From contig OY969696.1 of NCBI GenBank assembly GCA_963702005.1, positions 3,584,001 through 3,648,000 of the forward strand: a DNA stretch of 64,000 nt. Direction: 5' to 3'. This document shows positions 28,744 through 39,424 of the stretch, piece after piece (the first letter of the stretch is position 1; the number at the start of each line of letters is the position of its first letter). This stretch comes from Candidatus Aminicenantes bacterium. Lineage in GTDB: Bacteria > Acidobacteriota > Aminicenantia > Aminicenantales > JAFGBC01. The notes beneath the pieces are model-generated. The model was not told where the DNA came from, did not search any database, and worked only from the letters and a program-made list of their open reading frames with translations. The position numbers and the translations under genes are program-made.

Positions 28744-29946
28744 ATGAACAGACCGACAAACAGAAAAGGACGCATCGGGATCTTGACCGGGGGCGGCGAC
28801 GTGCCCGGCCTCAACCCCGCCATCCGGGCCGTAACGATCCGGGCCATCCACGAGGGCTACGACGTCGTCGGCATTCGGCGCGGCTGGGGCGGCCTGGTCG
28901 AGATGTCCCGCGACAAGGACCAGGACGGCGAGCACTACCAGCACCTGAGCGAGGAGATCGTCAACAGGACCGGCCGGACGGGCGGGACCTTTATCCACAC
29001 GTCCCGGACGCGGCCCAGCCATATCCCGGACGTCAACCTCCCCGCTCATCTCCGCGACCGCTATAAGGCCAAGGTCAACGACTTGACCGACGAGGTGCTC
29101 AAGAACCTCGACTATCTCGGAATCGACACCCTGATCCCGATCGGCGGCGACGACACCCTGAGCTACGGCGTCCATCTCCATAACAAAGGTGTCAAAGTCA
29201 TCGGCATCCCCAAGACCATGGACAACGATGTTCCGGGGACCGACTACTGCATCGGGTTCTCGACCTGCCTCACCCGGACGATCTCGATGACCCACGCCCT
29301 GCGCACGACGGCCGGTTCCCACGAGCGCTTCCTGGTCATCGAGATCTTCGGCCGCTACGCCGGATTCACGGCGCTGCTGCCGACCATGGCCGGCGCGGCC
29401 AACCGCTGTCTGATCCCCGAATCGCCCTTCAACGTCGAGAGGCTCTGCGAGCTCATGACCGAGGACCGCCAGGAGAACCCGAGCCTGTACTCGGTCGTCC
29501 TCGTATCGGAGGGCGCCGTCATGGAGGGCGGCGGCATGGTCTTCGAGGACGATGAGAAGGACCAGTACGGCCACCGCAAACTGGGAGGGATCGGCGACCG
29601 CATCTCGCACTTCCTCAAAGATTGTTCCCCCCGATTCAACAACGGCCGCCGGATCAACGTCATCAGCCAGCGTCTGAGCTATATCGTCCGCTGCGGCGAT
29701 CCGGACGCCGTCGATTCGATCGTCCCGATGGCCTTCGGAAACCTCGCCCTGGACCTGATCCTGGACGGCCGGCCGGGCCGCATGGTCTGCTTGAGGAACG
29801 GCCAGTACGACGACGTTCCTATCGAGGTCGTAACCAGCACCAAGAAGGTCGTCGACGTCGACAAGTACTACGATCGGGAGCGGCTCAGGCCCCTCTACAA
29901 GAGCTTCAGCCACAAGCCGTTCTTCATCATGACCAGCGATTTTTAA
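28744..29946 (+). CDS. pfkA: 6-phosphofructokinase (PfkA family, PPi-type signature)
   Basis: TGGGDVPGLN, GGDDT, PKTMDND and EIFGRYAG motifs. Confidence 0.9.
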   Translation: MNRPTNRKGRIGILTGGGDVPGLNPAIRAVTIRAIHEGYDVVGIRRGWGGLVEMSRDKDQDGEHYQHLSEEIVNRTGRTGGTFIHTSRTRPSHIPDVNLPAHLRDRYKAKVNDLTDEVLKNLDYLGIDTLIPIGGDDTLSYGVHLHNKGVKVIGIPKTMDNDVPGTDYCIGFSTCLTRTISMTHALRTTAGSHERFLVIEIFGRYAGFTALLPTMAGAANRCLIPESPFNVERLCELMTEDRQENPSLYSVVLVSEGAVMEGGGMVFEDDEKDQYGHRKLGGIGDRISHFLKDCSPRFNNGRRINVISQRLSYIVRCGDPDAVDSIVPMAFGNLALDLILDGRPGRMVCLRNGQYDDVPIEVVTSTKKVVDVDKYYDRERLRPLYKSFSHKPFFIMTSDF

Positions 29947-31723
29947 CGGCCTCGCCGGAGGCGGCCGGGTCGGGCCCGGCCGATCGCAGGGCCGCCAAGA
30001 TCCCGTGTCGCTTCCAGCGGACGAGGATCCAGACCCCGCTCGCCGCCGTCGCCGCAAAGATAGGAAAGAACAACTCCCATCGTCTACCCAGCAGCGTCGT
30101 CAGGGACGCGACTAACCCCAAGCAGAATACGACTCCCAGAACGCCGTCGGCCAGATCCTTGAGGTTTGCCCGGGCGATCGACGCCCGCTCCGCCGTGGGA
30201 ATCCCCCGCGCGACGGGCCCCCAGAGACCGGGCGGCCGGCAAGTCCGGTAGAATTCCCCAAGCGTGGCCGGCGACTCGGCGGGGGTCAGGAGGTCCAGCC
30301 CGACGATGACCAGCCAGCCCAGGCCGAACAGGATCAGGAACCCCTGCCAGTAAGGATGGCGGGCGGGATCGGAGAAGCCGAGCGGGAACCAGACCAGATA
30401 GGACAGGGGCAGCCCGAGGAGGATGGCAGCCCCCTCCCCGTAGAGGTTGTGCCGCCACCAAAAGAAACGCAGCCAGCTCGTCGGGAGGACGAAGGCGATC
30501 GCGACCGAATTGAGGAACAGGAACCAAGCCATCATCCGGGTCACGAAGAAGTAGCCGACGACGGCGCTGACGAGGATGAAGCCGATCGAGGCCAGCCGCC
30601 CGACGAGGACGTAGTGCCGTTCCGAGGCGGCGCGCCTGACGAACGGACGGTAGATGTCGTTGACCAGGAAAGCGCTCTGGCAGTTCATGTGAGTGCTGAC
30701 CGTCGACATGAACGCCGCCAGTTCGGCCGCGACGAGGAGCCCGGTCAGGCCGGGGACCGAATAGCGCGAGATGAGAATCCCCCAAACGTTTTCGGGGTTG
30801 GTCCCGACGGCGGGTAAAACGGCCGCTCCGATGAGCCCCAGGAACAAGAAGGGGACGACCCGGACGACGAGGGTCAGGACGGCGTTGAGCATCTGGCCGG
30901 CTTGGGCGTGGGATTCGTTCCGGGCGGCCATGAATTTCTGGGCGGCGTAGGCCTCGGCCCCGGCCGGCGACGACGCGAAAAACAGGCCTTGGACGAGCAG
31001 GAAGACGAAGGTCATTCCGGCGATCTCTCCGGCCGGGGGAAGCGGCTGGAGGAAGGCAGGGCCTTGTCGGGCGACCACCTCCCGATAGACATGGCCCAAG
31101 CCGCCGACCCTGTGGAGGATGACCGGGACGAGAATGAGGTTGGCGGCCAGGAAGATCCCGAGCTGGGGGATGTCCGTGTAGACGACGCCGTAGAGGCCGG
31201 CGACCGTTCCATAGACGAGGAGGACGCCCAGGGCGAACAGGAACAGCCAGGCCTCCGGCCAATGGAAGATCGGGGCGGTGGCTTTGCTCAGCCAGCGAAG
31301 GGCATAGGCGTTCAGGAGGATGGACCAGCCCAGGCTGATGTAGACCGCGTAAAATCCCCGGAACAGCCTGGCCCGGCGGCCTCCGAAGCGCCGCTCCATG
31401 AACTCGGCCGAGGTCGTAACGCGGAGGCGCCGCCAGAACTTAGCCCAGAGGACGGCGACGAGCGGCATCCAGACGGCGAAGGACAGCCACCACCACCAGT
31501 TGCCGACGAGTCCGTTCCGGTAGACGAGCATGGTGAAGACGGGCGCCGAGGCCGCCCCGGTATGGGTCGCCGAGATGGCGATCCCGACGACCCACCAGGG
31601 CAGGGTCCGCCCGGCGATGAAAAAGCTCTCGGTCGTCCGGCCGGCCCTGCGGAAAAACCAGGCCCCGATCGCGAGCATCGATACGGCATAGAGGATGACG
31701 ACGGTCCAGTCGAGGAAGCGCAT
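29927..31723 (-). CDS. Sodium:solute symporter
   Basis: FFIAGRTLPWW, AAFMSTVSTH and VNDIY motifs; many TM helices. Confidence 0.88.
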   Translation of the reverse strand: MRFLDWTVVILYAVSMLAIGAWFFRRAGRTTESFFIAGRTLPWWVVGIAISATHTGAASAPVFTMLVYRNGLVGNWWWWLSFAVWMPLVAVLWAKFWRRLRVTTSAEFMERRFGGRRARLFRGFYAVYISLGWSILLNAYALRWLSKATAPIFHWPEAWLFLFALGVLLVYGTVAGLYGVVYTDIPQLGIFLAANLILVPVILHRVGGLGHVYREVVARQGPAFLQPLPPAGEIAGMTFVFLLVQGLFFASSPAGAEAYAAQKFMAARNESHAQAGQMLNAVLTLVVRVVPFLFLGLIGAAVLPAVGTNPENVWGILISRYSVPGLTGLLVAAELAAFMSTVSTHMNCQSAFLVNDIYRPFVRRAASERHYVLVGRLASIGFILVSAVVGYFFVTRMMAWFLFLNSVAIAFVLPTSWLRFFWWRHNLYGEGAAILLGLPLSYLVWFPLGFSDPARHPYWQGFLILFGLGWLVIVGLDLLTPAESPATLGEFYRTCRPPGLWGPVARGIPTAERASIARANLKDLADGVLGVVFCLGLVASLTTLLGRRWELFFPIFAATAASGVWILVRWKRHGILAALRSAGPDPAASGEAVKNRWS

Positions 31724-31855
31724 GGCGGCGGACAGTTATTAAACCACATCCCGCCCCTTCGTTTCCACCGGGGGGACGAAAGAGATCGCCGGCGGCGTTC
31801 CCCCGATCGTCGAGAGGCTTGACGAAGGCAAAGGTCTTGGATAATATGGACAGCC

Positions 31856-32734
31856 ATGGTTATCATCCTCAAAACCGTCCTCGGCTTTCTGACCTCTCTC
31901 TTCGCGTTCTACTACCTCAGCGACGTATTCCGGAAAAGGAACACGTTTTCGTCGACGCCCTGGCCACGCCTGGCCGGGACGGGATTCATCACCAACCTCC
32001 TGGACACGCTGGGTATCGGCAGTTTCGCCCAACAGACGGCGCTCTTCAAGTTCTTTAAGATGGTCGACGACAGGATCATCCCCGGCACCATGAACGTCGG
32101 CAACACGCTCGCCACTGTCACCCAGGCTTTCATCTTCATGTCCGTCGTCAGCGTCCAGCCCTTGACCCTCGCCTCCATGTCCATCGCCGCACCGGTCGGG
32201 GCCGTTCTCGGCGCGGGACGGGTCGCCAAGATGTCCCGCCGGAAAATCCAGCTCGGCATGGGATGCGGGCTGCTGGCGATCGCCCTGATCATTCTGGCCG
32301 GACTCCTCAACTGGTTTCCACTGGGCGGGATCGCGACCGGCCTGACGGATTGGAAGCTGGCTGTGGCCGTGGTCATGAGCTTCGTCTTCGGCGCCCTTCA
32401 GACGATCGGCGTCGGTTTTTACGCGCCCTGCATGGCTACGGTCTATGCCCTGGGCATGCATCCCAAGACGGCCTTCCCGATCATGATGACGGCCACGGCC
32501 ATGCTCATGGCCGCGGGGAGCGCCCGGTTCGTCAAGGAAGACGCCTATGACCGCAAGGCCGCTATCGCCCTGACCGTGTTCGGGATCCTCGGCGTCTTCA
32601 TCGCGGCCTTCATCGTCAAGTCCCTGCCGTTGACCGTCATGAAATGGGTTGTGTTGGGCGTCGTCCTTTATACGTCGGTCTGGATGTTCATTTCGGCCGC
32701 CTCGAACCGTCCTGCGGCTGACCGGCGGCCGTAA
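31856..32734 (+). CDS. TSUP (TauE/SafE) family transporter
   Basis: DTLGIGSFA, IPGTMNVG and AFPIMM motifs; polytopic membrane protein. Confidence 0.75.
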   Translation: MVIILKTVLGFLTSLFAFYYLSDVFRKRNTFSSTPWPRLAGTGFITNLLDTLGIGSFAQQTALFKFFKMVDDRIIPGTMNVGNTLATVTQAFIFMSVVSVQPLTLASMSIAAPVGAVLGAGRVAKMSRRKIQLGMGCGLLAIALIILAGLLNWFPLGGIATGLTDWKLAVAVVMSFVFGALQTIGVGFYAPCMATVYALGMHPKTAFPIMMTATAMLMAAGSARFVKEDAYDRKAAIALTVFGILGVFIAAFIVKSLPLTVMKWVVLGVVLYTSVWMFISAASNRPAADRRP

Positions 32735-32746
32735 TCCCGAAAGACC

Positions 32747-34360
32747 ATGGAAAGTCCGCGGCGTGCGGGCCGTCGCTCTTTATCCGTGGGCGACCTCCGG
32801 ATGGGCGCTCGCTTTCTGAGGCGGCTTCCGGCGGTCCTGCGGCGGCCGTGGCGGCTTCCTCAGGCCCGGCAGGTTCTCCGCGAACGGTTTGAGAATCGGA
32901 CCTCCCGCTTCCTGGCCGCGGCCAAACGCCTGATTTACAAAAATCCATCCAGCCCCTACCGCGCCCTCCTGGCCTCCGCGCGCTGCTCATTCGAGGACCT
33001 GGAGCGGCTGGTCGGACGGGAGGGAATCGAAGGGGCGCTGAGGGCTCTCTATCGGTCGGGCGTTTATCTGACCGTGGAGGAATTCAAGGGCCGCCGGCCG
33101 GTCGTCCGCGGGACGGCCGCCCTCAACGTCGATCCTCAAGCTCTCCGCAACCCGCTGGGCCGAAGCCATCTCGCCCTGAAGAGCGGCGGAAGCCGCAGCC
33201 GGGGAACCCCCGTCCATTTTGACCTGGATTTCATCAACGACTGCGCTTTAGACACCGGGCTCGCCCTCGACGGCCGGGGCGGTCTGGATTGGCAAAAAGC
33301 CACCTGGGAAGTCCCGGGGGGAGGGGCGCTCTTTTCGCTCCTCGAGTTCAGCCAGTTCGGAGCGCGGCCGGTCCGCTGGTTCTCCCAGCTCGACCCCGAA
33401 CGGGACGGTCTTCCGGCCCGCTATCGCTGGAGCGGCCGCGCTTTCCGCTGGGGATCCCTGCTGGCCGGCGTATCCCTGCCCGGGCCCCAATATGTTTCCT
33501 TGGAGGACGCCGAGCCCATCGCCCGCTGGATGGCCGAGACGGTCGCGGAGGGAGGGACGCCCTACCTCCTGACCTACCCCAGCTCCGCGCTCCGCGTCTG
33601 CCAATCGGCCGCCCGCGCCGGCCTCGACCTTTCCGGAGCCCGGATGACGATCGCCGGCGAGCCTTGCACTCGGGCGCGCCTGGAGGCTATTCGTCGGACG
33701 GGAGCCGACGTCCTTCCCAAATACGCGGCTATGGAAACGGGGCCGATCGGCTACGGCTGCCTTGACCCGCGGGCGCCGGACGACATCCATCTTCTGTCCG
33801 ACCTTCTCGCCGTCATCCGGGTCGAAGACGAAGCCGCGTCCGGACCTCTCCTTCCCGGCTCGATCCTCTTCACGTCCTTGATGCCCACGGCGCCCTTCGT
33901 CCTCTTCAACGTATCGATGGGCGACCAGGCCCGGCTCGAAGAGAGGAGCTGCGGATGCCCGCTCGAACGGCTGGGATGGACGGTCCATCTCGATACGATC
34001 CGGAGCTCCGAAAAATTGACCTGCGGCGGGATGAACTTCATGGATTCCTCGATTATCAGGGTCCTCGACGAGGTCATGCCCGCCCGATTCGGCGGCGGGC
34101 CAACGGACTACCAAATCCTGGAAGAAGAAGACGAGAACGGCGAGCCGGTCCTGAGACTCCTTATCAGGCCCGGCCTCGGCCCCGTGGACGAAGCGGAAGT
34201 GGCCAGGACGTTCCTGGCGGAGATCGGCCGGGGCGGCGGCGCCGAGGCCGTCATGGGGCTGGCCTGGCGGGACGGAAAAATCCTTCGACTGGAACGACGG
34301 GACCCTCTCCGGACGCCTTCGGGCAAGATCCTCCACCTGCACGTCAAACACTCCCCATGA
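32747..34360 (+). CDS. PaaK/phenylacetate-CoA ligase-like adenylate-forming protein
   Basis: KSGGSRS P-loop, TYPSS, YAAME, MGD...CGC and TPSGK motifs. Confidence 0.65.
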   Translation: MESPRRAGRRSLSVGDLRMGARFLRRLPAVLRRPWRLPQARQVLRERFENRTSRFLAAAKRLIYKNPSSPYRALLASARCSFEDLERLVGREGIEGALRALYRSGVYLTVEEFKGRRPVVRGTAALNVDPQALRNPLGRSHLALKSGGSRSRGTPVHFDLDFINDCALDTGLALDGRGGLDWQKATWEVPGGGALFSLLEFSQFGARPVRWFSQLDPERDGLPARYRWSGRAFRWGSLLAGVSLPGPQYVSLEDAEPIARWMAETVAEGGTPYLLTYPSSALRVCQSAARAGLDLSGARMTIAGEPCTRARLEAIRRTGADVLPKYAAMETGPIGYGCLDPRAPDDIHLLSDLLAVIRVEDEAASGPLLPGSILFTSLMPTAPFVLFNVSMGDQARLEERSCGCPLERLGWTVHLDTIRSSEKLTCGGMNFMDSSIIRVLDEVMPARFGGGPTDYQILEEEDENGEPVLRLLIRPGLGPVDEAEVARTFLAEIGRGGGAEAVMGLAWRDGKILRLERRDPLRTPSGKILHLHVKHSP

Positions 34361-35778
34361 AAATCCTCCTGGCCGATCCTCCCCTCAAAGAAAGCTATTT
34401 CCACGCGAATTTTCCCAACCTGGGAATCCTCTACTTGATCGGAAGCCTCCGGCGCACACTCGGAGAGTCATGCCAGGTCGGGTATCTGGACGCCCACCGC
34501 GGCCTTAAGGACCATCTGGACGCGGTCGCCACCTTCCGGCCCGATCTCTACGGACTTTCCTTCGCGTTCTTCACGAGGCGGCTGGCCTATGCGACCATCC
34601 ATGAGGTCAAGGCCCGCTTCCCGCGACTGCCGGTCGTCTGCGGAGGCCCCATGCCTTCCGCCGCGCCCGCCGAGGTTCTCGAGAACTCGGAGGCCGATAT
34701 CTGCGTAAGGGGCGAGGGGGAGACGGCCATCGCCGAATTGGCGCAGGCGTTTCGCGATGGGCCGGCGTCTCTCGACGGCATCCCCGGGATCGTCCTCAAG
34801 GACGGCCGGGGCGGGCTCATCGAAACGGCGAAGCGGCCGCCCCTTCCCGACATCGATGCCATTCCCTTTCCGGCCTGGGATGCGGTCGATCTATCCAAGT
34901 ACAAGGGCTGGCACATCCGCAAATCCGATCCCCAAGCCCACATCCTGGTCAGCCGGGGTTGTCCTTTCAACTGCGTCTACTGCTCAAACCCGGTCTGGAA
35001 ATACGCCAAGCCCTGGCTCCGCTTGCGAAGCCCCGCCGACATCGCCGCCGAAGTCCGGCTCCTCCACGGGATGGGCGTCCGCGAGATCTACCTCTCGGCG
35101 GATGAGTTCAACACGAGCGAGGCCTGGACCCTGGCCGTCTGCGAAGCGATCGAAGGCCTCGGCCTCAAGGACCTGTTCTTCAACTGCAACATCCGGCCCG
35201 ATCCCATGACGCCGGCCCTCGCCCGGGCCTTCCGGAGGATCAACCTCTGGGTCGTTCATCTGGGCATCGAAACCGGGAACCAAGCGACCTTGGACGGCGT
35301 GGGAAAGAAGGTCCGGCTGGACGAGATCGTCGACGCTTGCCGGATTTTAAAAGCGGAGGGCGTCAAGGTCTTCGCTTTCGTCATGCTCTACCACGCCTGG
35401 GAGGAGGACGGCGTTCTGCGCTGGGAAACGGCGGCGGACGTCGACCGGACCTTGGCCTTCTGCAGGAAACTCCTCAAGCGCAGGCTCGTGGATTACATGT
35501 CATGGCAGGTCGCGACGCCGATGCCGGGCGCGCGTCTTTGGGACCTCGCCCTCAAGCACGACCTGTTGCCCGAGCGCGAGACAAGGGGTTTTTTCGAGCA
35601 AAGCTTGCGGCTGCCCGGTTTGCGCGGACGCGATGTCCGGAAATCTCTGCGCAAGGGCCTTTGGCTGAAGAGCTATTACACGCTCCGGAACGGGAACGTC
35701 AATCTCAGGCACCTTCCCGCCGCCTGGGCCAACCTCCGGGTCATGCTCGGCCTCGGCCCGCCCCGCGGAGCCCACTGA
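34357..35778 (+). CDS. B12-binding radical SAM protein
   Basis: ATGA overlap start at 34357; NLGILYL, VCGGP, GEGE and SRGCPFNCVYC motifs. Confidence 0.88.
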   Translation: MKILLADPPLKESYFHANFPNLGILYLIGSLRRTLGESCQVGYLDAHRGLKDHLDAVATFRPDLYGLSFAFFTRRLAYATIHEVKARFPRLPVVCGGPMPSAAPAEVLENSEADICVRGEGETAIAELAQAFRDGPASLDGIPGIVLKDGRGGLIETAKRPPLPDIDAIPFPAWDAVDLSKYKGWHIRKSDPQAHILVSRGCPFNCVYCSNPVWKYAKPWLRLRSPADIAAEVRLLHGMGVREIYLSADEFNTSEAWTLAVCEAIEGLGLKDLFFNCNIRPDPMTPALARAFRRINLWVVHLGIETGNQATLDGVGKKVRLDEIVDACRILKAEGVKVFAFVMLYHAWEEDGVLRWETAADVDRTLAFCRKLLKRRLVDYMSWQVATPMPGARLWDLALKHDLLPERETRGFFEQSLRLPGLRGRDVRKSLRKGLWLKSYYTLRNGNVNLRHLPAAWANLRVMLGLGPPRGAH

Positions 35779-35808
35779 TTCCGGTTTCGTCGTCCGCGGT
35801 GGTCGGGC

Positions 35809-36402
35809 TCAGAATTCCCGGCCGAGCCGGAAGGCCCGCGCCAGATTCTGTTCCCGGTAGGTATCGACCTTGGGCAGCATGCCGCCCAGGATTTCCATCC
35901 TCGCCTCGGCGACGCCGATCCCGAGAAGTCGGTCGTTAAGCATGATACAGCGCATGGCCTCGGCGATGCCGATCTCCTCGAGGTGCTCGATCGTGTGCCC
36001 GGCCGGGCAGATGACGAGCGCCTTGCGAATCCGAATCCGCGTCCCACGGTTTTCGTCGGTATCGTAGAAATAAGCGTATCCGTATGTCCAGACCCGGTCG
36101 AACCAGCCTTTGAGCTTGGCCGGGCAATCGCTCCACCAGACGGGGTAAATGAAGGCCAGGGCGTCGGCCCGGGCGATCTTCTCCTGTTCGGTCCGAACGT
36201 CGTCGGGGATAAGAAGGTCCGGGTCCCGGCCGACTTCACGTTCATACTGGGCGGCGTCCATTTCGGACAGGAAATCCCCGGCGTAAAGATCGGCGACCTC
36301 GAAGGTGTGCCCGGCCTCGTCCAGGCCCCTGGTGAACGCATCCAGGACGTCCCGGCAGAAAGATCTCCGGGCCGGGTGGGCGTAGAGGATATAGACATGC
36401 AC
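35809..36402 (-). CDS. NAD(P)H dehydrogenase (quinone), flavodoxin-2 family
   Basis: YAHP and FIYPVWWSDCPAKLKGWFDRVW motifs. Confidence 0.88.
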   Translation of the reverse strand: MHVYILYAHPARRSFCRDVLDAFTRGLDEAGHTFEVADLYAGDFLSEMDAAQYEREVGRDPDLLIPDDVRTEQEKIARADALAFIYPVWWSDCPAKLKGWFDRVWTYGYAYFYDTDENRGTRIRIRKALVICPAGHTIEHLEEIGIAEAMRCIMLNDRLLGIGVAEARMEILGGMLPKVDTYREQNLARAFRLGREF

Positions 36403-36404
36403 GA

Positions 36405-39359
36405 TCAGGCGCCCTTCCTTTCCCGGAGCCTCAAGGTCACGATGGAGAAGGCCGGGACGGGGACGGGAGAGCTCATGTCAAGGACGGGAGCCCCCTCGAT
36501 CGCGTCCTCGGCGATCCCGACGGCCTGGAGCGAACAGGCCGATGGGGTAAAGAGAGCGCTCGCCAGCCGGACCTCGGCGGCGCGGCCCGCGATTTCCCGC
36601 AGCCTGACGATCCAGCCGTCGCCGTCCTCGGCCTTCTTGAAGGCTTGGATGACGATGTTGGGCTGATCGACGCTAAGGAGGCTCGCGGTTCCGGCCGGAA
36701 GCGTTCCACCGCTCCCTTCCCTGAGCCAAACGGCATCGAGGGGGAAGTGGGTCTCCCATCCAAACCGGGTCGATGCGACCGGGTCGCGGCCGCCGGCTCG
36801 GCCGGTCAGGCTGTAGCGGAAGGCGATCCGACCGCCCTGGGCGGCTTTGAAGTTGGTCATCCAGTAGTTGTTTATCGCATAGGAGAAAAGGCGGGCGTTC
36901 GCGATGTCGAGCGTTTTGAGCCACTTCCCGGTGTTGATGTCGCAGAATTGGACAAGGGGCGCCTCGACCGGAGACCAAACGATGGAACGGTCCTTCCCGG
37001 CGACCTCGACCCAGTTCTGAACCGTATGCCAGTCGCGCGTCGTGCCCGGAAGTTGCTCGGTCTCGGGAGACATCCAGCCGTCGGCGATCTCGAACGTGAA
37101 CCGGGCTTGGGGCAGGGCGAAGGGGAAGGCGAAGTAGACGGCCTCGGGCTCGAAGGTCTCTTCTTTGTCCAGAGTGTCCACGATGTCGATCCGGTCCAGG
37201 CCGTTGTAGAGGACGACTTCTTGATCGAGGCTCCGGCAGCGAAGAGGGGTCGAGCGGGCGGCCAGGCTCCAGGCGACCGGACCCCGGAGGCGCGGTTCGA
37301 TCCGGGCCGAGGTCGGACTCGCCCGGTTGAAGGCGGCCCTGACCTCCATGTTGTCGACGGCCGGCCGCCCGCCGCGGGGATTTTCGTAGACATATTGGTT
37401 CAAGGTGTATCCGCTCGTTCCGTCGACGATTTCCGCGTTGGTTGTTTTGTCGACTAGGCTCGAGATCCCTCCCGCGGCCGGGTCGAGGCTGAGACGCCAG
37501 CGGCCGCTCTCGATGGAGTTGTCCTTGATCGCGACCGGCGGCTCCGTTCCCGCCGGGGGCGGCTCTTGGGCCGGAATGAAGCTGTACACGGAATAGCCCA
37601 AGGCCGGCACGTCGCGGGCGATGAAGAGAATCGAGTTGCCGTCCACGGCCTGAAAGGCCGTTTCCGCCCCGGACCTCGCCTCGACCAGCCTGAACCGGCC
37701 TTCGCTCTTGGCGAGCGCTTCGGGAAGCGCGACCTTGACGAGGCCGGTCCGCTCCCAGGAGAGGGCGTTGAAAACGGCCAGGCTGCGCGGAGCCGGGGCC
37801 GCGATTTTCGGCGCCAGGGCGGCGAGCGCGCCGTTCAAGAGGCGGCGCGACTTCTCGCGGGCGCCGTAGGCAAAGGCCGATTTGAACGTCCACTGGCTCC
37901 GGGCCAGCTCGGAATACGGGTCGTCGATGCTGTTCCAGGCTCCCCAAGTATGCTCGTCGAAGAGCAAGGATTCGTTGCCGCCCTCGCGGATCTCCACGGC
38001 CGGATAAGCATAAGCCGGATCGAGGCGGGCGGCCAGGGCGGACCAGGCTTCGCCGGCCGCGAGCTCGTCGTGGGCGACTCGATTGAGGCCCGTCTCGAAC
38101 GCCGTCGAGGCGGCGCCGTCCGTCCAATAATCGGGCCAGCCGAGCTTGTAGGCGGGGATCCGATCCCGGTACTTGGACTCGAGGGCGCCGAAGAATTCGC
38201 TCATGGTCGCCAGCCTCAGCCGGGGCCAGGCCCAGCGGCCGTTCCAGTCCTTGACGGTGTCGGAGAGCCCGCGCCCGGGCGGACAGTTGTCGGTGACCCA
38301 GGCGCTGATGTTGAAAGCGATCAAGTCATAGGGATAATCGCCCCGGGCCTCGAGCCGGGCCAGATAATCGCGGACTTTGGGGACGGCCGCGTCCGACCCT
38401 TCATGAAGGCGCAACTCGTAGTTGGCGAATAGATAGTGTTCTCCGTTCCAGTGCAGGATGCGGCTCCCGTCCTGGGACTCCCAGTAGAACGGGTTGGGCC
38501 GCCGCAGCGGGGCCCGGGAGCGGGTCTCGTTGATGCCGGTCGTAAAATATTTGACGCCCGCTTTGGACAGGACTTGGGGCGCGGCCCAGCTGAAACCGGT
38601 CACGTCGTCGTTCATGGCCGAGACGACCGGAACGCCGTAGCGGCGGCCCAGCTCGCGGGCGAGATAGACCGAGCGGATGAGCCCCTCGTGGCTGAAGCAG
38701 TCCGACATGTTCAGGTACCAGGCCGAGAGCTCGACCCGGCCGGCCTTGACGAGGTCCATGAGCTCGCGGAGCCGGGATTCGGGATAGAACTTGAGGAGCT
38801 GCTCGAGGCTCCAGGTGACCTCCACGTTCCACTTGAACTTGGCGCCGTCCGGATAGGCATCGGTCTCCCGGCAATATTTGATGACCGAATCGAGGTAGTC
38901 GGCGTGGTTGCGGGCGACGCGCGTCTGGAGCTCGGTGTAGCCGATGTCGGAGTGGGAATGATGGAAAAGATAGATCGTCCACTTGCGGGCGGGGCCGAGG
39001 CGGAGTTTCAGGGATCGCTCCTCCCCGCCGCAGCGGAGCCGGAACTCGGCCGTCGCCGCCGAAAATTGTTCGGGGAGATAGAACGCGTAGCGATCCGAGC
39101 CTTGTTTGACGGCCGCGATCGGGAAGCGGGCGGTCTCGGCCCCGGCCCGGACCGTGATCTCGGCTGGCGCCGCGTCGCCGCCGTTCTCGATGACGGCTTC
39201 GTAGCGCTGCTTGAGGCGGGCCCCGTCCTGGACGAAGAAGACGGTGGGCGCGACCTCGAATTTCACGATCCTGGGCGCGGGCGCCGGACCGGGGCCGGCC
39301 GCGACCTGTCCGACCAGGGCCAAAACCGAAAGAAGGGTTGCGATTCGCTTCGTTTTCAT
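36405..39359 (-). CDS. Secreted GH38 alpha-mannosidase-like glycosidase
   Basis: HSHSDIGYT, NDDVTG and DEHTWG motifs; C-terminal KKAEDGDGWIVRLRE. Confidence 0.82.
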   Translation of the reverse strand: MKTKRIATLLSVLALVGQVAAGPGPAPAPRIVKFEVAPTVFFVQDGARLKQRYEAVIENGGDAAPAEITVRAGAETARFPIAAVKQGSDRYAFYLPEQFSAATAEFRLRCGGEERSLKLRLGPARKWTIYLFHHSHSDIGYTELQTRVARNHADYLDSVIKYCRETDAYPDGAKFKWNVEVTWSLEQLLKFYPESRLRELMDLVKAGRVELSAWYLNMSDCFSHEGLIRSVYLARELGRRYGVPVVSAMNDDVTGFSWAAPQVLSKAGVKYFTTGINETRSRAPLRRPNPFYWESQDGSRILHWNGEHYLFANYELRLHEGSDAAVPKVRDYLARLEARGDYPYDLIAFNISAWVTDNCPPGRGLSDTVKDWNGRWAWPRLRLATMSEFFGALESKYRDRIPAYKLGWPDYWTDGAASTAFETGLNRVAHDELAAGEAWSALAARLDPAYAYPAVEIREGGNESLLFDEHTWGAWNSIDDPYSELARSQWTFKSAFAYGAREKSRRLLNGALAALAPKIAAPAPRSLAVFNALSWERTGLVKVALPEALAKSEGRFRLVEARSGAETAFQAVDGNSILFIARDVPALGYSVYSFIPAQEPPPAGTEPPVAIKDNSIESGRWRLSLDPAAGGISSLVDKTTNAEIVDGTSGYTLNQYVYENPRGGRPAVDNMEVRAAFNRASPTSARIEPRLRGPVAWSLAARSTPLRCRSLDQEVVLYNGLDRIDIVDTLDKEETFEPEAVYFAFPFALPQARFTFEIADGWMSPETEQLPGTTRDWHTVQNWVEVAGKDRSIVWSPVEAPLVQFCDINTGKWLKTLDIANARLFSYAINNYWMTNFKAAQGGRIAFRYSLTGRAGGRDPVASTRFGWETHFPLDAVWLREGSGGTLPAGTASLLSVDQPNIVIQAFKKAEDGDGWIVRLREIAGRAAEVRLASALFTPSACSLQAVGIAEDAIEGAPVLDMSSPVPVPAFSIVTLRLRERKGA

Positions 39360-39424
39360 GCGCTTGCTCCTCCGGAACGGTCTCCCCCCTTAGTTAACAT
39401 ACCGCTCCCGCCATGTAAAGCTTC

